Source: Negaprion brevirostris (lineage: Eukaryota). From it: DNA of 62,073 nt. A program made the translations under genes and the position numbers. The notes beneath the pieces were generated by a model. It was not told the origin of the DNA. It ran no database searches and saw nothing but the letters and a program-made list of their open reading frames with translations. The stretch lies in NCBI GenBank assembly GCA_030324005.1, contig JARDVH010000193.1:21560098-21622170 (forward strand), read 5' to 3'. Every line of letters starts with the position of its first letter. Position 1 is the first letter of the stretch. Positions 52,531 to 62,073 of the stretch are shown here, one piece after another.

Positions 52531-54544
52531 TGCTGATATATAAAATTGTAGTTGAACATAAATTCACAAAAGCATTCAGAAAATATGATTAATTTGGTTG
52601 AAGCAGGCAATGTTTTTCTTAATTTATCATAAAATTTACAATTTACTTAGTATGCTTTATATCTTATAACTGATTTCTTTAACTCAACAATTTTACATTT
52701 TGTCAATAAATATATGTGTATATGTTGAAATGTATAAAATGTGATAAATTAAAATGATTTATGGCATTTATTCAAATTTGTACAAATATATGCATTTTTC
52801 AATCACAATTTGAAAGTAGAAAATCTTAATATCGAATACAAAATAAGATTTCTATATGTGTAGCTAACAAAGTAAAATAATATTAGTACGGTGGTTCAGT
52901 AAGTGCCAATGGTAAAATGAAGATCTGGACTTCATCGTATTCAGTTCATAATTGTTTACTTAAATATAAGAAAGCATTTTTGGATTGCTGCACACAATGA
53001 ACACAGCATATCTGCTTTACTACATCAAATAAATTCCTTTGTTTTTGACATTTTTCATTAAAGCTATTGGGTGCACTTGGCTGGATCCTTTGATAACAAT
53101 TGCAAAAATATATATCAATTCAAATATGCCTCTAATGAAAAATGTTTAATGAATTGTTATAATTATTCTGATTATTCAGTTTTATATCTCACATCTACTG
53201 TTTCTGTTTTGTGACTCTGACCTGGAGAAGACTTAGCAATCTTGTTTCTAGACCTCATATATCTGTTGTACATTATAGAGATACAGCAGCTCTTAACCTT
53301 TTGCCTATCATCAGAAATGTCCTGTGCTGTATTAGAAATGTAGCATTGCCTCAGGCGATGAATTGATGAACCTTTTTATTTCTTACTATCTGGCTCTGCT
53401 AACAAGGGATGGGATTTTGGAGCTTATTAAAACTACCCATGGGGAGAGGTCAATCCTTATCAGGCCTTGGAGAATTTAAAAAAAGGTATTAGCAGCTGTG
53501 ATTTCTCTCTCTTTAACTTTCATTTTCTTTATATTAAAGTTAATTTTACTAATTTGGCTACACAAGTAAAACATATGATTACATTTAAAACACATGCAAG
53601 GACCAATGTTAAAGGTAGGCAAGGTTACAAAGAAGAATCAATAGCCTACAAGAGAGGTGCTCCACATTCTCTGTATATTTCAATTCTGTTACATATTTTG
53701 TCCTCCTAATGATTTTTCCCTGTAGGCCACGTCTTCTCCCCAGCCATGCAAAGACACTGTTTTATCATTCCACCCCCCACCCCCTCCAGAAAGGGAAGTG
53801 GAAATGGAGTAAATGGGGAATTTTTCAGCTTCTACGTACCTTTTGATTAAATTTTTGATCCATTCGACACAGACTTATGGGCCAGGCAAGTTCAGTAACC
53901 GTCTGTTGTAATGCCTCCTTAGAGAGAAGAGGAAGGAGGAAAACCACATTATTGTAGAGAAACAGCAGTAACTAACACCCCCTGTTGGTGGTTTACTGTG
54001 TTCATCCCCATTTGCACTACATGTCTGTTCCTGATCATTTTACAGAAGTGATATTAACTCCTTTGAAGATAGCTGAATCCTGCTGACCCACACAAAATCT
54101 AATGTTTGCATTTGGACAAGCATGGTGAGCAGCACTGCTGAATGATTTTCCTTTGTTATATGAATACAGAATCAAAAGTAACCATCTTAACAAATGTAAA
54201 GAGGTACTGTTTGCTTTTGGAATTTAACAACGGTGTCCAATATGCTGCTGCTGCTGCAAAAGCATGTGTATAAATTATTTTTTATTGATTCTTGTTTGAT
54301 CGCATGTTAAACTTGTAATTTGCCTTATGGGAATTATTCTAACCCAAGATTAGGCCAAAATTCATTGTGCAAAAGCACTGTATGATTAGATCTTCTAAGT
54401 CTGGCATTTTAGAATACATAGCCTTTACATTTGTTGTATTGCTTGCTCACCCAATTGCCCAATCGTGTGGTATTTTTCATTGAGTTCTTGGCTCCTTTTC
54501 CATTTTTCATTCAGTTTACAGTTATGTATTAATTATATGTACAG

Positions 54545-54690
54545 GAGAAAGAAAGCTTGGATTTATATAATACTTTATCACATAATCAGGATGCCTCAAG
54601 GTACTTCACAAACAATGAATGATTTTTGAAGTAAATCACTGTTGTATGTAGGCAACCTTGTAGTTACCTTGAATACAGTAAGTTTCCACA
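54545..54690 (-). mobile_element. Deu-SINE tail fragment
   Basis: aaagaaagcttggatttatataatacttt...tttgaagtaaatcactgttgta is the reverse of the 49370-49760 tail. Confidence 0.55.
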
Positions 54691-54711
54691 ACTGGATGTT
54701 AAATGTTAAAA

Positions 54712-55000
54712 TAATAAGAACATAAGCACTTGGAGAAGGCAATTCAGCCCCTCGAGCCTGCTCCCCCGTTTAGTGCAATCATGGCTGATCTCATCTCGCC
54801 CTCAACTCCACTTTCCTGTCTGTTCTCCATAACCTTTCAAACCATTATTATTAAAAATCTGCCTATCTCCTCTTCAAATTTACTCAATGTCTTGGCATCC
54901 TCCACACTTTGGGATGGTGAATTCCATAGACTCACAAATCTTTGCGAAAAGTAATTTCTCCTCCTGTTTTAAATCTGCTATCCCGAATCCTAAAACTTTA
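54712..55000 (-). mobile_element. CR1 LINE 3' end close to the exon E acceptor
   Basis: taagaacataag...attcagcccctcgagcctgctcc tail. Confidence 0.8.
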
Positions 55001-55077
55001 CTGTAGGACATGCTCTTGAAGCATTAACAAGATTATGAACCCTGCATTAGTGTGTGACTATTTTTCTTTCTTCACAG

Positions 55078-55267
55078 CACAGGAACTGGCACACCATGAG
55101 GAGAAACTTTTACTAATGGGGAGTGGCCTGCAAACCACACAGAATCAACTAAGTGATCGTATTGCAGAGATTGTGCGACACGAACAGAAAAGTCGTAAAC
55201 TTCAGTCAGAGCTTAAAACACTGAAAGAACAGGCAATTAGCAACAAAGAAGAGATGGATGATTACAG
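55078..55267 (+). CDS. PMFBP1: Exon E (190 nt, phase 1/2): (A)QELAHHEEKLLLMGSGLQTTQNQLSDRIAEIVRHEQKSRKLQSELKTLKEQAISNKEEMDDY(R)
   Basis: Strong acceptor tttttctttcttcacag, donor CAG|gtgaac. Resembles PMFBP1 AQQAAQCKEE...LEDTQRKL...IQELQRELQMLQKE. Confidence 0.85.
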
Positions 55268-55443
55268 GTGAACTATTTAATGCTTTGTTGACCAGAAAAG
55301 TGAAACCATGATCAGGCAGGGGACACTGTTGCACTTGGGTGTGTTGATGCCTCGGATCATGGTTTGCCTAAGCTAGGATAGAGTAAAGTATCAGGGCAGC
55401 CAATGAGGTTAAACCGAGGCTTTACCTGATGCAATTTGTCAAA

Positions 55444-55649
55444 GTCACCTCAGCCTTTTGGCTAAGATGAAGCGTTAGATCAAGCTCAGGAGCAGGTGCA
55501 ATGCCTCACCCTGATAACTTGGATCTTGGTTGATCGAGCCAAGATAGAGTGCAATGTTTTGTCTTGTCAGCTGGGATCTAGTTTGTCCTTCATGAATTAG
55601 ACTCAATTTGAATTGGCTTTTTTGATTACAAATAAAGTACTAAAAAAAA
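55444..55649 (+). mobile_element. U2 snRNA-headed A-tailed retroposon (SINEU-like), copy A
   Basis: 55449-55475 CTCAGCCTTTTGGCTAAGATGAAGCGT matches 24/27 of U2 nt 8-34; two ~50-nt hairpin units; AATAAA then A8. Confidence 0.75.
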
Positions 55650-58469
55650 GTGATTGCTAACTTTGACATAGTATAGTACTGGATGCAGAATTCTTGTTAA
55701 AAATTAAAGTAAATTTATAGTCAACTCAATATATTATAACAGACTGCTAATATAACCAAACTTTATCAAGTTCTAATTTTCTCCTCGTGCTCAGCACAGA
55801 TGAAGAGGATGCTGTTACATTGCTAGTACATTTCTCCCTCAGCTATATAATAAACATTAATAAGTCTTACAGCTGCACATACAGCCTGTTAATTTTGGCC
55901 ATTATCAATTCTTATGTCTATATTTGTAAAGGAAATGTCTCTAAACTTGCAAATTCTAAATATATTATTGTGGTGTTGCAGTGGTTCAGCTTTGCATCTT
56001 ACAGCGACTCAGCCTTTACTGCAGAAAAGCACTCTTGCTTCATTCCAGCTCAACTTTCTTATTCCCCATATTGCAGTGTAGATTTTTTGACAGTGTAATA
56101 TCCTAACCATGTCAGGCATTGGATTTTAAACAAAAAGAAAAAAAATGTGAATTGCATGTGTAGATTCAAAGTAACACATATCAAGTTTATTGAAAGAGAT
56201 GTTCAGGAAATGAAACTAAACAACAGCCTGTGAAACACCCTAATGATATCAACATCATGTGATTAATGCATGTTAATACATCGCATCATTTACATGAAAT
56301 TTTGGATTTTTTTACACTATGGATATTATTCATTATATGTAATTTTCCTACACTTGACTTTAAAAGCATTCTTTGCAATATAACAAAAAAAATTGTTGTT
56401 TCACATTCCAGCATCCACAGTATTTTGCTTTTACTTTTGTAATCCAATGTTTGTGGATTTTATTTTTATTTGTATGAAATCACATGAGCTAACCTATCAA
56501 ACAATGTCATTTCATTTAAACCCTGTATGGTGTTTAATTTAAATATTTCATATTCAAATCTTCTATTTGACTAAGAGCAAATATTGAACCGTTTTAGATA
56601 AAGCCCTTTAATAATCTGGAATATTTGAACCAGAGAATAGTGAGTATTCATTTCTGTGGGTTGTGAGAAAAGCAAGCCGACATCATTGCTGCAATGCTTT
56701 CCCATTGTCGCTTACGGATAAAGGTTGTCTGCACAGTCAGTGAACAGAAGTGTTAACTACATGATATGCCAATAGGTATTAGGTAGGATTAGTAATTAAG
56801 TGATGGGTTGAAGAATAAACTGGGCATTTGTCAAACCTGAAATAATTTTGTAAGTATCTTCTGCCGCAAACCTGGCAAACATAATTGCTGGTGTATTGAT
56901 TGGGCTTTATGCTGGTCTGGTGGCATGGGTGGAGGAGAAAGGCACTGGGAGTCAGCAGTATTGATTAACCATTATAGGAGTTAGTGGTTTGTGATGTCTG
57001 TTTGTTGTGAAGACTTTTCTCAGTGAGAAATATTTCTTTTGACAGAATGAATGAGTAAATACAGTGCAGCACAAAAAATGGCTCGTGATTTCACGCATTA
57101 TTACAGATGGACCATTTTATCCATTATATTGAACACTTCAGTAGAAATACAGTTGTAACACTAAATTACAACTGAATTATCTCATAGATTTTCAGATCAA
57201 TGTTTCTCATCATTATAGACAGCAAGGCTGAAATATATTAGCTATTCTTTGCAATAGACTGTTTTAAAGAAAAATAAAGTGCGAAATGAGACCAGTATCA
57301 TCCCATGTCACAGAACGATGGGGAGTCACATGGGGCAGACTGGCCTTTCACGTAGTTTGCACATCATCTGAGGGCCAAGAGCTGCTCATGGAAAACAGAT
57401 AGTACAGGACAGACAGTCAGCTTCAAGCTGTCTTGATGTAAGGTAACCGACTCCAAGTCGAAAAAGCAGGTACTTTGGACTGGAGATGTTCCTTCATGGG
57501 TTGGGAGGGAGGGACCTGGCATGGCAACCCAAAAGAACATAGGTAAGTGTGGAGGAGCAATCCTGCTATTTTTGGTCCAATAAAAATAAAGTAGCACTTT
57601 AGGTAAAGTTTTTTTTAATTGCCTTTACTAATTAGGCACAAGCAAAGATTTTGCAGTCACAGTATCATCTGAAGGTTCTCCTGAATGCGCATTTGCCCTT
57701 TGTCAGTTACCTAGTAATGCTGAACACACTAATATATCCAGATTCTTGCAAATTTAGAAACCAAAAGCACCAACAAAGGGAAATTAGATATCTGAAATGA
57801 GAACAACTTTTTAATTTGTTTTGTCAAAGTACTTCCAGTGATTGATCTCACCTCACAGAATCACAAAATTGTTACGGTGCTAAAAGAGGCCACTTGGCCC
57901 ATCACTTCTGCTGTTTGGATATTATCGACGCACAGGTTTAGTCACCAATGCATTTTCTTTTTGCAGCCTTCCCAAATCACCCTGTCAATGAGGGGGTAGG
58001 TAGAGGAATATCTGGGCCTAGGTCTCAATGACGAGATGTTGTCACAGGAAAACAGATGGTGCATTTTAAGATTGCACTTCCTCCAGGTGCCCATCTCCTC
58101 AAAAGGCAGGGAGATGCCATCACACACCAATAATGAGGAGGAGCACCAGCAAGGCAACCTTGGAATTTCAGCTGCCATTCAGCCTTCTCTCTGCTAGTGA
58201 CTCCATTTCCTCCAGCAGATTAGATCGAGGACTCTGCACCTGCACTTGTGCAAAAGACAGTTAGCAGCCCTCAGTCCACCAGAGGATGTCTGCCAAAATC
58301 ACCACAGTCAACAGGGCATGGCAGTTAGCAGACTGCCTCCACCTCAGCTGCAGTTGTTGAGACTGCACCTAGGTGTAAGGGTAGAAAGAGGAAAATAGAA
58401 AAATTTTGAAGGCAAATAAGTATCACAGATGTACAGCCATTGTATATAGTTTTGGCACTTGTAAATATA

Positions 58470-60025
58470 TATTGGGGACAACATTACCATGCGGCCTGCC
58501 GGCTGATGGGTGGGGCGAGCTAGTAAGGTTGCGCGAGAGTCAAGAAATCAGGTACATGCCCATAGTTATTTGTATTAAATTTAAATGTATTTAACACGGA
58601 ATTAGCAAGCCCGGGATGCAATCGTCAAGGCTCACTTGCCTATGCAGCCTTGCCAGGAGAGGATCTCTCCAGCAAGAGTCACCACCAATGGGGACAAGAT
58701 GTGATGGCCTCACTGGCAGACCAGGACACTGTTGAGGAGCTCCCAGGAGATCAGGGGCAAGGGAGGGTGTCCCTTAGACAGTGCCAGCCCTGCACCCTAG
58801 CAGTACCCACTGGGCACCAGGCAGTGCCAAGGCGGTGGGGCCTAAGAGGGCAAGGTCTGCTGACGAGGACAGACCAGGCCTGGGCCAATATGGGGGGGGC
58901 CTGCTGCTACTCTGAATTTCCGATTGGTGGGGAGAGGGATGGAGGAAATCGATCAGCACAGGTGCGCAGTGGTCAATCTTTCCAGTTGGGAGGGCAGGGT
59001 CAGTCTTTCCAGGCGGGGTTTAATCTTTCCAGGCGGAGGGGGTTGGGGGGTGGTGGCGGGCATCAATCTTTTCAGGCCAGGAGGCGCCTCACAATCGGCC
59101 GTAGGTCCCTAGTGGAGGCTAGGGCAGAAAGGCTGCTTTAGGACACAGAGGCCTGCTGAAAGTAGCATAGGCTGTGTGACAGGTCTCTCTGCAACTCAGA
59201 GCAGAGACAGGTTTTTTTTCTACTCTAAGTGCATAAGTTACCCAATTTGGACTGGCTGAAGAAACAGATCAGAAACTCTCCTGGTTTCGCTCTCATTCTG
59301 GATTGGTTCTCCATGTAGTGACTAAACATTAATAGGGTGCCCCGTTACTCAGCCCAAAAGTGAAAAATTAACTTCTCCCACCTGAAAAGAGACCCGTCCC
59401 ATAATGGAATGCTTGAGAGGTCTTACAAACTGCACGACAACCTTGACAGCTTCAGCATAGTGCATGTGAGGTTTGCCAGTATGTCAAGCACCTTCTACTA
59501 TCCCACTGTTACCCACCAATATCGATCCCCATCAGCCTAAACAATCACCACCTTGTCATCCCTCTCCCTCCTGTAAGCCTCCAATCTCTATTATTCTGCA
59601 TGCAGACGCTCCTGCTCTCCACCAGCCCCACTGGCTCCCGATCTCAATCAAGAAGCTGCCATTTATGAGATGTCCCCAAGGCAGCCAAAGCAGTTGCTAC
59701 TCACTCTGAAGTCCTGGAAGCAGTCTACCTCGCCTGGTGCACACTTCTTATATCCATTCAGAAATGTGAATATATGATTTTCTCAGTGGCAGAGATCTTA
59801 ATTTAGAGGGAGCACTTCATTTTGGCAAGCTGGCCTTTTAATGAGCATGCATGACATGCAAATGCATGCAAAAGAGCTTCCCGACACTGTTTGTTAAGAA
59901 GCTCCATCACCTTTGAAGTTCCAAGAACGTTGCAAACGTTCATCTTGCTGTTAGGAACTGACTTTTTTTTTGTCCCGTTAAGTTAATTAAACCTGCTCAT
60001 GGTGGGCACAAAAGATTCTGCTCAA
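58470..60025. mobile_element. GC-rich Harbinger-like remnant
   Basis: GC-rich island with weak TIR-like ends; minus strand ~59375-59460 reads AVKVV...GSFQ-like (transposase N-terminus). Confidence 0.45.
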
Positions 60026-60029
60026 TATT

Positions 60030-60160
60030 ACAGATCTGTCTTTTCATCAGAACTGACGTTTCTATGTTTCTCTCGTCACGGATGCCGCCAGAGCTGGTGA
60101 GCTTTTCCAACATTTTCTGCTTTTACTTCAGTTTGTAGCATCTGCAGTATTTTGTTTTTG
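60030..60160 (+). mobile_element. Penelope-like terminal repeat with an inverted 5' piece
   Basis: 60056-60160 is forward (acgtt...gatgccgccagagctggtgagcttttccaacattttctg); 60030-60055 is the reversed cagttCTGATGAaaaga. Confidence 0.55.
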
Positions 60161-60414
60161 CAATCGCCAGTATGCAGTATAACTGTGGAACTAAGCTCTC
60201 AACAGTGCTGTGCAATTGGGTGTAAAGTATCAACTAATTCTTATTTATAAAGTATGAAAATGAAACTTTAATCTTTGCATATTGCTATCCTGGAATGTCA
60301 CTATGCGACCTTGGATGAGCATTTAAGTGGTGAAGTTGTACACTTTCATGAGTAGTTTTCAACCATGGTGCCAATAACATCTTAATTGGATTTTTTTTTT
60401 ATTAATATGCATAG

Positions 60415-60568
60415 GGCACAGATTGAAAAACTCAAAGCTGAGAATGCTAAGAATAAGCAGAGTTACGAAAGTGCAGTTACAGAAGGATTCAAGTATCAGC
60501 AATCAGTCTGCAAGATGGAGATGGAAGTCAACAACAGCAGAGAGCAAATTAAAATGCTGCAGGAACAG
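60415..60568 (+). CDS. PMFBP1: Exon F (154 nt, phase 2/0): AQIEKLKAENAKNKQSYESAVTEGFKYQQSVCKMEMEVNNSREQIKMLQEQ
   Basis: T-rich tract then atgcatag acceptor, donor CAG|gtgggt. Phase 2 matches exon E. Confidence 0.82.
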
Positions 60569-61858
60569 GTGGGTGAATGATGGACTGAATTTTCCTGGTT
60601 CCATGGAGATGTGTGGAGGCAGGATTCAATATGGGTGGAATCCCCCTTCAGGACAGTGCTACATACCCAGGGGTCTGCCTGCCGTGGAAATCAATTAAGT
60701 TGATTAAGTCCTCAATCAAGGGGCACTTTCTTCCCATGCAGAAACTGTTCTGGCCTTACCCCCAACCCCCCAACTGTGTAACGAACTGGGCAAGCATGCG
60801 GGAGTGACCTTTCACCTGGAGGTCAGGAGGTCCTGGGTGGCTGAATTTATTGGCGGCATCAGGAGGTCACAATGCTCACAGGGGCCTAGGAATGGCTGTC
60901 GACGCACCTCTAGAGGGCCAAGTCTCCACCTAAGCCCTTCCCAGTTTTTTATCAGTTTTTCCCTCATTGAAGAGAAAGGTTTCATGAACTCTTCCCCTTG
61001 GTTGACCCTCTTCTCCAATAACACCCATCTCTCCCAGGTTGCCTTCCAGACATTTTGCTGTGGCTCTATGGGGCCTCTTTCTTCCCTGGTCTACCTGTTG
61101 TGCTTAATTAAACAATGAACTGGCAGGTAACCAATTAGGAGGCCACCTTATGCTTTGGTGGACTTGATGGAGCCTGATGTCAGCATCATACACTGAGTTC
61201 AAGTGTCAGAAACTCACACTTGGGACCATATGGATCCAAGCTCATGCTTTACCTAAGGCGGAATCCCAGTTGACCATCTCTGCATTCACTGCCCAGTTAA
61301 AGGCAGAAAGTGGGTTTGAAAGACATGAGAAGGTTGAGGCAGGTGCCACTGAAACAAAAAGAGAAGCGTGAAGCAATCTTAAAATGGAGATGCTGTTAGA
61401 CCGCTGAAAAATTAAAATTAAAGAANNNNNNNNNNNNNNNNNNNNNNNNNNNNNNNNNNNNNNNNNNNNNNNNNNNNNNNNNNNNNNNNNNNNNNNNNNN
61501 NNNNNNNNNNNNNNNNNNNNNNNNNNNNNNNNNNNNNNNNNNNNNNNNNNNNNNNNNNNNNNNNNNNTGCCTAAAAGTTACTGCCAGCCTCCCGACTCAA
61601 TCAGGGGCCAGTCCATCAGTGGGAAAATGCAGACGGGCTCCGAAAATGGCCCCTCAGTAAGGCCTTCGCTGGCTCCTCCCTGGAGCAACTTGCCATGGCA
61701 AACCCATCTGCAGAAGGACATTATCATGAAGCCATCCTGACATGCAACTTACCCTCCACCCCTCCTGCCCTGGCTTCAGTCAGGGTCAGCTCAAAGTGAC
61801 CCCAGGGTTTTCTCATCCAATGCAAATCATCTTTACTTACGATTTTTGCTATTATTAG

Positions 61859-62026
61859 ACTCAGCAGAAGGAAGGCGAGAACAACGGACTTCGAGACGAA
61901 TTAAAAAGAGAACAGATGAGACAAGAAGAGTTACAAAGACAATCACAGAAATTGAAAGACCGAATAGGAGAGCTGGAACACGAAACTGATGAACTGAATG
62001 CCAAATTTAAAGTCAATACCCAGCTG
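61859..62026 (+). CDS. PMFBP1: Exon G (168 nt, phase 0/0): TQQKEGENNGLRDELKREQMRQEELQRQSQKLKDRIGELEHETDELNAKFKVNTQL
   Basis: Acceptor tttttgctattattag, donor CTG|gtaggt (possible alternative donor 4 nt later). Coiled-coil open frame. Confidence 0.78.
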
Positions 62027-62073
62027 GTAGGTCAGAGCATTAAATTGTGTGTGTAATCTTTTACAAGCACAGT

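Noticed and set aside
55444-55649. Functional U2 snRNA gene
   Set aside because: It lacks the GTAGTA branch-recognition motif and the 3' stem-loops, and has inserted hairpins and an A tail.
57480-57550. Possible exon ending at the strong donor TAG|gtaagt near 57543
   Set aside because: No clear acceptor or compatible reading frame; exons E and F already join in phase.
58650-59141. 163-aa G/R/Q-rich ORF
   Set aside because: It lies in a GC-rich transposon remnant with short repeats (caatcttttccaggc), and has no recognisable domain.
1-62073. Prokaryotic operon, CRISPR array or defence system
   Set aside because: The DNA is intron- and retroposon-rich vertebrate sequence with no repeat-spacer array. 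The short ORFs are TE remnants or chance.

Overview
Eukaryotic, repeat-rich genomic DNA, almost certainly from a shark or other elasmobranch. The evidence is HE1-type V-SINEs, CR1/HER1 LINEs with an esterase ORF1, a Deu-SINE and Rex1 elements. The window lies inside one + strand gene. Seven GT-AG exons (14894-15016, 29765-29891, 32306-32463, 35531-35777, 55078-55267, 60415-60568, 61859-62026) splice in phase into 1167 nt / 389 aa of continuous coiled-coil protein that resembles PMFBP1 as I recall its sequence. The start and stop codons lie outside the window. The introns are mostly decayed transposons: CR1, a second CR1/L2-group LINE, Rex1, Gypsy fragments, a solo LTR with a 4-bp TSD, PIF/Harbinger remnants and MITEs, and Penelope-like tails with hammerhead cores. 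The most interesting signal is two diverged copies (32974-33174 minus, 55444-55649 plus) of a ~200-nt A-tailed element with a U2 snRNA-derived head and two tandem hairpins that keep their pairing despite sequence change. This is a candidate snRNA-headed SINE (SINEU-like) family in sharks. Repeat boundaries are approximate and family names come from motif recall, not database searches.
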